A stretch of 64,000 nt of DNA from Chrysomallon squamiferum. Taxonomy: Eukaryota; Animalia; Mollusca. Below the pieces are notes generated by a model, which was given only the letters and a program-made list of their open reading frames with translations, had not been told where the DNA came from and made no database searches. The stretch is from the NCBI GenBank assembly GCA_012295275.1, contig CM022673.1:22878001-22942000 (forward strand), in the 5' to 3' direction. Of the stretch, positions 40,876-53,796 are shown piece by piece; position 1 is the stretch's first letter; the number at the start of each line of letters is the position of its first letter. A program made the position numbers and the translations under genes.

Positions 40876-41095
40876 ACTTACAGCTTTCTACTAGAATATG
40901 TTATTTATTACAGATTCACTGTCACAGGAAATGAAAATTCGAATGAAGAATTGTTAAGACCCTGTTTTGTTAGTCCGAGATGTTAAAATTTACATGATAT
41001 TTTAAAATGAATCCTTTTATATTCACAAACTCCGCCTACTAAACAGTCATGTGTCCATTTGTACCGATTATTTCTATAAATGGAGCAATGGCGGT
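40876..41095 (-). promoter_or_regulatory. Further copy of the GPCR promoter/first-exon module, with no intact CDS of its own
   Basis: GGCGGAGT (41029-41036), TATAAAAG (41014-41021) and GTAAGT donor (40876-40881); closely similar to 37048-37262. Confidence 0.62.
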
Positions 41096-41226
41096 ACATC
41101 ATATTTGTATATATGTATGTTAATTAATTAGTTAATTAATAAGAAGAAGAAGAACATCAGGGATAAGTTTAAATAAAGACACGGATTGATTGTTCTTTAA
41201 GATTAACATTTATATTGATCAATGAT

Positions 41227-41301
<75 letters not shown>

Positions 41302-41344
41302 CCTCTCTCTGTCTGCTGTCTGTCTCTGTCTACATACATACAAA

Positions 41345-41586
41345 CAAGACCCTTACCAATTATTGGAAAAGCCATTAAGAACAGTTATAATGGTTGAGTG
41401 TCAGACAGAGGCGGCGGTAAAGAAGCTGCTAATTCGTTGTAAATAGATTTATTCCTCGCTGCTCATCTTTTTAAAACGGTCAACGTTGTAACATCCATAT
41501 TAACATTCCTTGTCTGCGCCAACGTCAGAACGTCGAACGTCTGTATATAAGTTTTGGGTCTAGCACATATAGGTTTAGCAACATTT
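41345..41586. pseudogene. Rearranged GPCR relic: ATG-to-TM1 on - (41345-41466) joined to ICL1-TM2 on + (41485-41586)
   Basis: attcctcgctgctcat (reverse complement of MSSEE) and gaagctgctaattcg match GPCR2. The following tctgcgccaacgtcagaacgtc and tctagcacatataggtttagcaa match the LRKRQNV and LADMGLA coding sequence. Confidence 0.8.
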
Positions 41587-41689
41587 ATCTACAGTTTATC
41601 CAGATTTTTAAATTTAATTTTGTGACGAAAGTTCGAAATTATTCTTCAGTAATGTGGGAGTAGTTTCTTTCTATTTTTTCTTTATTATG

Positions 41690-41740
<51 letters not shown>

Positions 41741-43870
41741 GTTTTATAAACTATCTAAAAGACTTAGAAAAGTATTATATTGAAGTAGAAATAATAAATC
41801 CTTACAATTAGAATTAACAATGTCTTCTGAGTGTTCTTTTTAGCTTTCTCCCTAATAATTAATGAAAATATATTTTAAAAGAAAGGCTAAGATCAGTGTG
41901 TTTTTATGAGTATGGGCAATTACGTGACTCGAAAGATATGAGAAAAAGGCTAATAAATTTTATTATTTCATTATGCCAAAAGTCAAAATTTATTCACTAA
42001 AATCCTAATTTTCAGAAAAAGACCCTGAAAATTCTTATTAACTAATGTTTTCCCTCATCGTTTAATTCCAAGGCTGAAAACAATCCAAAATAAGAACATT
42101 AAGTCTTTCAAATGACCAGCCCTAATCTGTCTTTGACCTTTTATTTCATTCAGTTTATGATGTCAGCAGAATCAGTTTAAAGAGTAAGGAATTATAAAAT
42201 ATTTTCTGAATTTGATCGGTCAGTGTAAAGTCCGTCACAAACAAATGTAAATGGTTATTTTAGAAGAAATCTTTATAATTAAGTTAGCAAAGCAAAGTTT
42301 AAAAATATGTCAGTCAGTACTGAAATTATGTGATTTGTACTTGATAGAGAGAGAACGAAAACTGTAATATCCGTCAAAGACAAAAGTGTGTATAGTAACA
42401 TTATTACTACAAGTCTGTATAAGTGTTGTAGTCATTCAGCATCTTTAGCACGTATGGTGATTTCACTCGACACCACTAGAAACAGAAACAGAATGATGAT
42501 ATTCATTGACAGTTCTTCAGTTCATTCTTCATTTCCTGAACTATTTTCGTGTGAAATCAATTCGAATTAATGAGGCAATGTCCTCAAAAATAAAGATATG
42601 TATTCGTTTGTTCCTTCTGTTCTTAAACAATTTATACGAGATTACAGATTTGTTTTGGAATGACACTGAAAGATAAAAAAAAAAAAGTAATAAAAAGTAA
42701 AAAAGTATCACACCCTTATTAAAAAGTATGTGCAAGGTTGATACAGGCAGCCGATATACAAAAAGAAAGAAAAAAAAGATGAGGCTCTCGAACTCAAAGA
42801 GGAAATTGCGTTGCCATAATCATAAAAGGAATTGGTTTTTCCCACCATTGAACATGATCGCTTTGTCACCTTTATATGATGAAGTGGAAATTTCTGAAGG
42901 AATTCATCTTTCTGCAGGTGATAAAAGAAAAGCTAATTCATATTAATGACTGGTGGGTTGTTAAAAAAGAAATAAACTCTTTCTTGGAGAAATGAAGCAG
43001 ATTCATATCGGAAACCATGAAGTGACAGTTGGCGTCGATCAAGTACCAACTGGAAATCTTTGTTTCCAAGCTGAATTATAACTGGGAACTGCCAGAGATA
43101 TGCTTGGGCTCCTTTACCTGTGACACCAAACGGATTTTGACACTGGCAAGTTTCGGGGGACGGGGATATCACTCTAGCAATCAGGGTAGCGGGAATAATT
43201 TCTGAATGTAATGTCAAACATCGTAGACTGGCCTCTGTGTTAAAACCATTAATAGAACTTTTGTTACTCCGACGTGTTTGGAATAACAGAAACAAAACTA
43301 AATATAACACATTTCTGAATAAATATATTGAAACTGACAGATAAAAATGTTCAAATATGTTTAAAATGTTAAATAAATAAATTAGAATTATTATTTACTG
43401 CTAATGTATTGCAGCTGTTAGCGTACGTATGACTACTTTTCAGACATATTCATTAAGTTGTGTGATCGACAGTTATTAAAGACTTTGGAAAAAGTTGTTG
43501 CTGATTGTGCAGTTCTGACAGTTCGAACGAATACCCCATTTTTATTCCATAAGTACTAGAAATTAGTCTTCGCGAATGAAAAACGACAATGCATCGAAGC
43601 TTCTATTTTACTGTCACTTCATTTCGTACATGAAATATAAAAACATTCTCGACAGACTGAGGATATAGTAACTTGTGGATTTCAAAGGTCTTTAGTCGAT
43701 AACAGTCTGTAAGTGTGAATTCGATCTTTATACAAATAATTCTCGAACATCTTCATCAATATTACGCAACCATTGTTAGGTAATGGCGTCCGCACTGCGC
43801 AGCTGACTGCAAGGCCAAATCAGCTGAACATTTCCAGTTTTCCACAGCTCGGCACAGATAGCATTTAAGG

Positions 43871-44380
43871 CAAAGGTTTTCAACCTGGGGGTCGTTCTCA
43901 ACCTGGGGGTCATTCTCAACCTAGAGGTCGCGACTCCCAGATGGGTCGACAGCCTTTTTTGGGGGGTGTCGCGAGATCGTTCTTTAGCGAGGTATGTTTT
44001 AACTTTTTTCAACCTGACTTGGAAGGAGGAATAAATAAAAACGTGTAGATAGGTTTGGGACCCGTCACAGTGAATATAGATTCCTTTTGTACTGTCTTTG
44101 GTTGATGAAAATATGTTTGAAATTTGTTTTACAAATCATCACAGCAGTTGCCCACCTCGTACTTTTTACGGACACAGAATTTCTTTTTATACTTTTTTTC
44201 CAAGCTGAATTATAACTGGGAACTGCCAGTAAAATCAGATGTCGTAAGTATCATATTTCTGTCAATCCAGAGATATGCTATGTAGCGGTAACCCTAGATA
44301 TTATTGAATCAAAAATTTTAAATCGGTCATATTGAGTTGCTCATAAGGGATCGCGGTATGAAAAAGGTTGAAAACCAGTG
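43871..44380. mobile_element. hAT (Charlie/SPIN-like) MITE
   Basis: TIRs caaaggttttcaacct / aggttgaaaaccagtg, a perfect 8-bp TSD atttaagg (43863-43870, 44381-44388), and gggtcgcga-type subterminal motifs. Confidence 0.88.
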
Positions 44381-44521
44381 ATTTAAGGCATTGCAATGTA
44401 TAGCACAGTAAAGAGCAACTTTCCATCTTTCAAATAAACAGTTTGTTTTTGTTTTTATTTCTTCTTTTTTTAAATTTATTTGTTTTCTGTTTGTATTTAT
44501 GTGTGTCTGTGTGTGTGTATG

Positions 44522-44618
<97 letters not shown>

Positions 44619-46615
44619 CATGCCATTTAATGCGACCTCGGCGAATTTTCCTAAATAGGAAACTAGTTTCGGTTCATTCACACAAGAAGGCTAAAGACAG
44701 TCTCATATGAAAGTGCGTGGATTTCCCACCGAAACGATTTTTTCCTTTTTGAATCGAGAAAAAATTTGCTCTGAACATTAGAAAAATGAACTTTGCAAAT
44801 GGATGAAAATGGGTTATGGAGGAAACTAAGAACGACGAATATGTATATGTATTAAGAGACAACTTGAAATGAAACAATATAAGAATAGCAAAGGTTATAA
44901 ATATTTATTTTAGTTTAGTTTCATTTTTAAGTTCCAGATTATAAAAATACTGGTATTTTTTTGTTCTATGTTTTATGTTTTAGGAATTCAAGGGAGGTAA
45001 TCTGTAATCGTTGTGTTGCAAATTTTAAAAAATTTGAATTTGCCTTTATCATTAGTTTGTTTTTTGCCCTTTATTTCAGTTTATTCTGATCAATAAATGT
45101 ATATGTTTTCATTTTATTGCATTTTAAAGTACTGAGAGAAAACGTTCAAAATTCGTCAAATTTGGGGTTTTCGAGCCATTTGTAATTAGCTGCTAGCTCA
45201 GATCTGAGCATGGATGTATCTGGAATAAATCAAACAGTATCGCTATAATTAACTGCTTGAAATTTATGTATTTTAATGCCTTTGTCCATAAATTTGTGAA
45301 CGATGGGCTGGCAAAATCAGGAATTTGGCCCTGTTCTCTTCCAGATGTTTCGTTTCCATTACTCATCTAGTTCATGGCTAGTCGTCCTCAATATGTTTCT
45401 GATAGATAAATTACCCTCAGAGGGGTTAAATGTTAAAAAAGCATAATAAATAAAGATAATGAATAAGCTTCCATTAGAGCTTCAGTGAACTAGAGTTTAT
45501 TCTATACTGTTAAAGAAATGATTTCTTATATATTAGTTGCAATGTCAAGTTACTCCATAATCAAACAATTTTAGGAACAATTTAGTAAAGTAAACAATTA
45601 GCCTAATCAATACACTGAAATTACCCCAAGATTTCATATTAATACAATAAGTAATACCAATGGCCTCAGCGTCTTCTATTGGAACTGACACACTTTGGGA
45701 TAACTTTTCTAACAAAGCGGATAGGTAAATAATGTTTAAAAGATGGAAAAAAATGTCTTCAGAATGTAACGTAATTGCTGTGTCAGATAAAAATATTGTA
45801 TTAATGAATTTATTCCAAGGAGACATCTTGGCGATATAAAATATTTTAATATACTAGTGGAATTATTTATTAATTAAGGGTACCTTATTTATTTTTCTTA
45901 TGACCAATAAAAAATAAATTAATCGTAGTAATAATTGCAGAAGCAAAGATTATTATTTTAAGGTTTAAAGTTTCTTATGTGCTACAAGTGGGAATTAAAT
46001 ATGAAATATTTAATTAATTGTATTAAATATAATGTTTCCCTGCAGTAATATAACTGGTTCACTGAGTATGTATGTATGTATGTATGTATGTATGTATGTA
46101 TGTATGTATGTATGTATGTATGTATGTATGTATGTATGTATGAATGTATGTATGTATGTATGCATGTATGAACGTATGTATGTATGTATGAATATATGTA
46201 TGTATATGTATGTATGCATGCTGTCTGTCTGTATATTTCTTTCTTTATAAATGTGTGTGTGTAAAATATGTGTTCATAGAAGAATGCATGTTCCTGTCTG
46301 TTTAGTGGTATCTATATAATGTATCCTTTTCCTGTCATGATACTGAGTTACTGAACATCACGAATAAAGTAAAAATTACAGAAACATATATGTATTACCA
46401 GTGTAATTTTTATTTCTTTTCTAGAACAAAAAATATTTAACATCGAATATTAGCGAAAAAACGCTAAGCATTGTTTTTATACTGAACAGAACAAATATTA
46501 TACAACAAATATAAACAATCATAGTATTTATGTTAAGATAATGAAATATCTTTAATTTTTATTATTTGTTAATAAAGATATTGCAATATTATATCTAACA
46601 AATGAAAACATGTAA

Positions 46616-46650
<35 letters not shown>

Positions 46651-47164
46651 TGTATATCATGTATGAAAATATATATTTTGAAATCAATGTTGCTATTGAC
46701 GATACTCGAATATAAAACTCAGAGAAATTAAGTTTCTGACATAATCTTGGGGTTTGGGGGATTATTATTAGTATTGGATTTTAATCCAATATCAAGTTAA
46801 ATACTGAAAACATTAATATGAACTTACAAACCATTCGACTATACAGTTACGTAATGCGCTGCCACAGTGATTATATACCTCAGATACAATATAGTTTATA
46901 CTGGATCGTCGGATCCTTACAAAATGTCTTCAGTCATAGGATTTACTACCAAACAGATTGGCCATATGCAGACAATTACATGAAATATTAAATAATAAAA
47001 TATTCAAACAGCTCATATAAGATCGCAAGTATAACGGTAACATTAACAATATCATCAACAATAACAACAACAAGAGTAAGAATAATGATTAGTACTTTAG
47101 TTTCCTGCTATTTCATTTGAGATTTGATAGAACTTTTTATTCAAGTCTATATATTTTTAACTTT

Positions 47165-48174
47165 CTAAGGATTGGTTGTAGATGTAATATTTTCAACGGC
47201 TGTTGGCTTGCAGCGGAAAAACTGTTTGAAAGCTGTTTTGAAATCCTGGCTGAACATATAATACAGGAATGGATTCATTAAAGAGTTTAGATATGCCAGC
47301 CAAACAAACAAAAATATAATTATAGGCGGTACGACCTTGTATTCAGTGCTAGAGTCCACCAAAGTAGCAAGCATAAGAGGCAGCCAACAAAATAGAATAC
47401 ACCGATAACTATTGAGAGTGTACGAGCTGCCTTGGTGTTTCCTGTAAAAGCTTTTCTCTTTTTCTTGTCATCCTCCGTAACGGTCAAAGATCGGATTGCA
47501 CGGGCGTGCTCTTTTGCCTTCTGGAATATCTTAACGTAGAGGATCAGAATAAGCGTCATTGGTATAACGGCAACATACACACTTTGTACGTATACACTCC
47601 ATTTAGTCTGAAGAAATGGGCAGACATCTGCTTTCAAAAGACAGAAATTATAATCTTCTAATCCAATCACGTTCATTCCAGATGCTATGTAAGCAATCAT
47701 AGACGTCAAAGGTAAAACCCAGCTAAGAATTGCTGTACATGTAGTTATGCAAGGAGTAATTTTTTGATACGTGAAAGGACGACAAACGGCAAGATAGCGC
47801 TCGACACAAAGGATGCACAGATTTAAAATGGAAGTATAGGTCAAAATAGCATCGATAATATTTCTGAAGTCACAAACCCATTGTGGCAAATCAAACTTTC
47901 TATTCCATTGTTCATAGGTGTGAAGAGGCATGACTAAAATTGCCAGGCTCATATCTGATAGAGCCAGAACCGCTATATGGACGTTCTGACGTTTGCGCAG
48001 ATAAGGAAATTTGAATATGGACACTATAACGAGACTGTTACCAGTTATTGTAACAGCCATAAAGAAGAGCTGAAATACACAATAGAGATCTGTCTGAGTG
48101 TCAGACAATGGCGTTGGTGAAGAAGCTGCTAATTCGCTGTAAATAGCTTCACAGTCATATTCCTCGCTGCTCAT
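47165..48174 (-). pseudogene. TAAR-like GPCR paralogue (GPCR2) with a 1-bp deletion in TM6; pseudogene or assembly error
   Basis: Full-length homologue of 34937-35953 split over two ORFs. TAT TTT TGT TGG lacks one T (A4 run at 47389-47392). No other lesion seen. Confidence 0.8.
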
Positions 48175-48460
48175 CTTATTAAATCTGAAACAGAAGTCAG
48201 AATGATTATATAGTAAATACATGAAACAGACTAAGCCAAACTTACAATAATGCCAATTAAAATAAGAGATAAAATGTAAACACTTGTTGCGATATTTATG
48301 ATAAAGTTTGTGTTATTTAGAATTCTGTTGGAGTATTGAGGTAAGCTTTTTATGCAGATAATGTTAATATTTAATATCAAATCCAAAATGAATTACTAAT
48401 GGAAACGAAATCAGTTATGTCTGTTCTACCACGAATAAACTATAATTCCACCCTTCAATG

Positions 48461-48535
<75 letters not shown>

Positions 48536-48892
48536 GTTTTATAATGAAACCCGAAATATATTACATTGACAAAATAAAATCAGCAACGAAATCCACACTC
48601 TTAACGCTAAAAGTACTGATGTCAGTTATCTTTTGTAAATTCTTAATTACATTGTTAGTAGTAAATAATGATTAGAAAGGTTATTACAAATTAATTATCA
48701 CTTAATCTCTTTTTTTCTTTCTTTCTTTTTTGCTAGATAATCATTCTAATCGTGTATTTTTCAAATGCATGGAATAATAATAATAATAATATTCATTTCC
48801 ATTCGTGGTAAATACCAAATTACTGTACTCTTAAATTATATTTAGTTTTTATATAAACAGTTTTCAGTCACATTTATAGTAGATATTACAGT

Positions 48893-49100
48893 ACTTACAG
48901 TTTTCTACTACAGTTTCACTGTCACAGAAGATATCCAGTAAAATACTCACTTTTAAGAGAGAATTGTTAAGACCGTGTATTACTAGCCTGAGATGTTGCA
49001 GTTCTGGCAAAATTTTAAAATGAATGCTTTTATGTTCGCAAAATTAACTCCTCCTACTATATAGACATGTGTTCATTTGTACTTAATATTTCTACAAACA
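48893..49100 (-). promoter_or_regulatory. Promoter/first-exon module of GPCR2 with variant motifs
   Basis: GTAAGT donor (48893-48898), cactgtcacagaag, CATAAAAG (49027-49034) and GGAGGAGT (49047-49054). Confidence 0.58.
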
Positions 49101-49544
49101 TCCTGTTTTTGTTTTGTTTGTTTGTGGGTTTTTTTGTTCTTTTTGTTTTGTTTTTTTTGTTTGTTTTGGGGTTTTTTGGGGAGGAGGGATTTCAGTTAAA
49201 AATTTAGACGGATGTAGTTAAATGTCATTAGAATATAATTAACACTTGTACTCTCTCTCTCTCTCGCGCGCGCGCGTATATATATACACACACACACACG
49301 TACGCAGGAACACACATACGCAGTGAACTTAACTGTATTTTTTTTTTTTAAGGATTAAGATAAAGAAAAGCAGCGAGGAATCAATTAGCAGATTTTGTTT
49401 ATTACTAACAAAACAGACCTTATTATAACAATTCAGCTTTTGTTCTTTTCTTTTTTTATATATATATACATATATATCTTTTTGTTATGTGGCTATTGAT
49501 AAAATTAATAATGAACTCATTAAAGAATATTTGTTGTTTATGCG

Positions 49545-49594
<50 letters not shown>

Positions 49595-50058
49595 CATAGA
49601 ACGTAGTATGGGTTTTCCTATCTCTTGGAAAATGTTTATATCAGATTCCTTAGTATTTGAAATGTCCTTCCTTTTGCCAACATGTCTGTACGGTAATTCT
49701 TCATCTAGCATTCTGTTATTTATGCCTCTTTGTCTCTACAAAACATGACTTAAGAAATTCCACTGATGTATCAAAGCTCGTAGAAATGTTTTCCTATCTG
49801 TGGAAGGTACATATAAGAGATCTCAAGAAGATTTATTGTTGACATCATCTTTCCTCTGGCATTATGTTTGTTTTTTTAAACAATAGTTTGACGCCATATA
49901 GTCTAATCGATGATTTAAAATATGCTTCGTTAATTTATTTTCTTTTTTTTCTCTCCTTCCTTTTTGAGCATTTGTTTCTTTCATTTGTTTTTTTGGGGGG
50001 TGAGGGGGGTTCTGCTTGTTTGTTCAATATAGGTACAAGTTCAATATACGTACACTTT

Positions 50059-50108
<50 letters not shown>

Positions 50109-53100
50109 TTATATTTTGTTTCCGAAGTTTTTTTTTTTTCTTTTCTTTCTATTGTTTTTCAAAAATATTATTTGGTTTTGCATGTTTATTATCATTATTA
50201 TCATCATCATCAGCATCATCAGTTCTGCAATTTTAAACAGTGCTTATTTGTTTTTCTATTATACACGTACAGAGAAACGATAAAAAGCTCTTCGAAAAAC
50301 GCATTACTACTGAAAGGTGTGTAAATAGTATTAAGAAAACGGGAGGTTAAAAACGGAAAAGATAAGGTTTTAGGCACAGAAGATCTTTATGTATTTTCAT
50401 CTAAAGAGATTTCTAGAAATCCTGTTTTTAACAGTTATAGTGCAAGATGATTTTTTTTGACAGCAAGTAAAATTTTAACTAGTATGTTAGTTTATATGAT
50501 TTATCTAATGCGTACCTATGTGCTTTTGGTTGAATTAGCTCTAATAGGGAAAGGTGTGATGACAATGTCATCCAGCAAAGATAATGTGTTGATGGAATCA
50601 CTTGTCTAAAAGTTAGAATGTTTCTTAATGCAGGACACATATACTAACATACATCAACATTGCTGTTTTTTCAATACGTGTATGCGAGTGGTTTAGATGG
50701 CACTGACCTTGCAGAAAAACAGGATATGCTTCCCTGATAAAAAATAATTTGTAAATCAATATTTGTCTAATATTACTAATGGATTCTGAAGACTATGATT
50801 TCTTTATGGTTATAATCATGAACGTTGATTCTTATTTATTTGCATATAATCACAAAAGACTTTGATTATTTTTAATTATCATGTACGGAATGCAGATCAC
50901 ATTTTAATGAAAAAAAAGTACAGTTCCTTTTTAACAAAACAGATTAAAACAAAACCACTATAGCTATCATTAAACTAAAAGAGACAAAGTATGTTCTTTT
51001 ACTTCTTTTTTGTGACTATACACGCAACAGAGAGAGTGAAGCTGGGGTTCTGTAGCAACAAACAGATTTCGAAATAGACAGCTTGGGCAAAAAACCACTG
51101 AAACACGTGCTGTTAAGACACTTTTCCTGGTGAAAAACCTGCTTTAGCCAACAGGGGTGTCAACTCCAGAATCATCAAACAGTATATTCAGGAATCATTC
51201 AACCTACAATGGAATGTGCTTTTACAAATTGGATAACAATTTCCATACACAAAAGATCTCAGGTCCTTTTCATGGGAGAAAAGCTGAAACGGACTGCATT
51301 CACACCCACTGCATCAAAGATCCCAAGAGGTGGGGTGGGGAATAAAACTACAAACCATCTTACTTATAATTTGCAAAAGAAAAATTAAAACTGCATGAAC
51401 CAAAATGCTTTGCTGTATCGTAAATTCTTCCCAAATGCCTTGGTGCAAAGAAACCTTCCTGAAATCATGCTGAATATTCCAGAACTTGTCAAAATGGAGG
51501 AGCAGCTATTCTATACTCCAGTCACTTCATCTCTTGGTATTACTTGTAGATGTACTGAAATCTAAATTAAAGAAATTAAACAGTGAATGGTTAGTTTAGT
51601 ATTTGTATTTAATGAAATGATTACAAAATAATTACCTGCCGAAATAGCTGTAGTTAACTGGGGATGTTCACTGAGGGATGACTCACTCTTCTCACAGTGC
51701 AGAGGAGTGGATTCAGTTAACTGTGTTACTGAAATGATATGAATACTGAGACACATCATCTGTTATCCTCATACATATGCAAAACAGATACCCAAAACTA
51801 GCAGAAGAAAAGACGATGTTGTCTCCAATCTTTGCACACTTACAAGCTTAGTATTTTATGGGGAAAGTGACAGGATCAAATGAAAATCATAATATCTGAA
51901 GATGTGTACATAATTTACACAAATTCACACACTGAGCATTCACTGTAGGGTTTTTGTTACCTCTGCCTGTACAAAATGAAGTAGACTTCCTAGTATCACT
52001 GGCTGCACCTCTGTAAATCAGATATAGTTTTATCTTCTAAATAACATACTTTTAACAGAATTTTCCAGTTTCTACTGTAATATTGACATTTTAAATATTG
52101 ATATTATTAATACTAGAATCTCCCAAATAATAAATTTGCTGGTTTGTTTCTTATCAATGTTTTGTAGTTCTTGTCTTATATTATTTTGGGTTTAAAGAAT
52201 CACACTGTGACTGGCAGTGGTTACTGGATAAATGTTCCTAATTTCACTTAAATTAACAAATGTAAAATATAATGGATGCAGCCTGTAATTTTTATGTTTT
52301 ATTTTCGTTACTTCTTTATTTTTAAGTTTGTTCATAAATATAAGTGAAAATAACATTTTTTTTTTTTTGACTTTTTCTTTATTTATAAAGCTATTGATTT
52401 AAATAGTTCATTAAATATACAGATTTTTCACAAACAAAAAATATTCAAATATATATATATATGTATGTGTATGTATATATTTATGAATGATGTAGGTATA
52501 CACACACATATATATATATACGTGTGTATATGTGTGCATGCTTTACTGAAATAAACTGTCTTCAATAATAAATATTATTTTGGTCTTTTTTTATTTTTGT
52601 GAAGTACTGCAAACATCTCAAATACACTTCTTCTCCTTTAACTGGTAATTTGTTTTTAAAACATTAATTTTTTTTTTTTTTATGAATCAGCAACTTTCTT
52701 ATTAGACTGTCAGAGATGCACTGGTAACATTTTCAACTTTGAAAGATGTAACATGAGATTAGTTGTGTTTGTCTGGAACTAAAAGCAATAACTAATAACA
52801 ATTTTGTGAAAGTATTTCTTATCTGTCATAAGCAGTAGGATGATGATTAAACTCTGATTCCATAAACACCTGGTTACCATGACACCACACAACACAGGTG
52901 TTTGTTTGTTTTTATTGATCAGGCTATTTTGCATTTTCACTTTCAAGATAATTGTGAAGAAGAAATTTAAAAGTGTTTAATTTTTTTTTTTGCATCTTAC
53001 ACAAATGATTAAGTTGGTTAAAGACATCTTTTTTTTTTTGTTTGTTTGTTTTTTTTGTTTTGATTAAAAGCAAGAAGCATACATAATTGCTATGTAGCTT

Positions 53101-53765
53101 ATTTTAATATGAATTAACATACCAGATAAGAAAAGTTCATGTCATGACTATTTTTCTGGTGTGTGGCATAGGGTATCTATCTCTGCTTGACAGTGAAAGC
53201 AATGGGAAAAGCTCAATTAGCTAAGCTTATTGCAAGTATGCTTCACACAATTGCTGTAACTTTTTTTCTTTTGTACTTTATTCATTTTCACTTCTTTGGT
53301 TGAAAGATGAATACTTCATGCACAAATCCTAAAACCAATAAAAATACACCAACTATAATTAAGCTCAACACAAAATACTTTTACATTTTTATTTATTTTT
53401 TATTTTTTCACAGTGTTTGTTAAAGAATTAATAGTATCTAGTCTAAGCAATGCTTATGTACATATATATTTATCTATATATATATATATATATGTACACA
53501 CACATACAAACACTAAGTGTAATTATAATGTTCATTCTCTTTAACATTTTTATGTTAACATAAATTAATCAACATAATTACTATCAACTTATCTTTAAAT
53601 ATTAGTAGAGATAAAATTTACACTGTCTCGAAATTTCCACATCAATTGACAACATTATGAAAAACATTTTACATTTTTCTACAGATCCATAAATAACAAT
53701 ATTACTATTATTTTCATGACTGGTTCAAACATGAACAAATAATAATAATCATCATCATCATCATC

Positions 53766-53796
<31 letters not shown>

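Noticed and set aside
42933-43310. 125-aa ORF with a hydrophobic start
   Set aside because: Non-ATG start, no recognisable motif or exon structure, and it shares sequence with a nearby MITE.
45410-45430. Possible piggyBac end (gggttaa)
   Set aside because: No matching ttaaccc left end was found.
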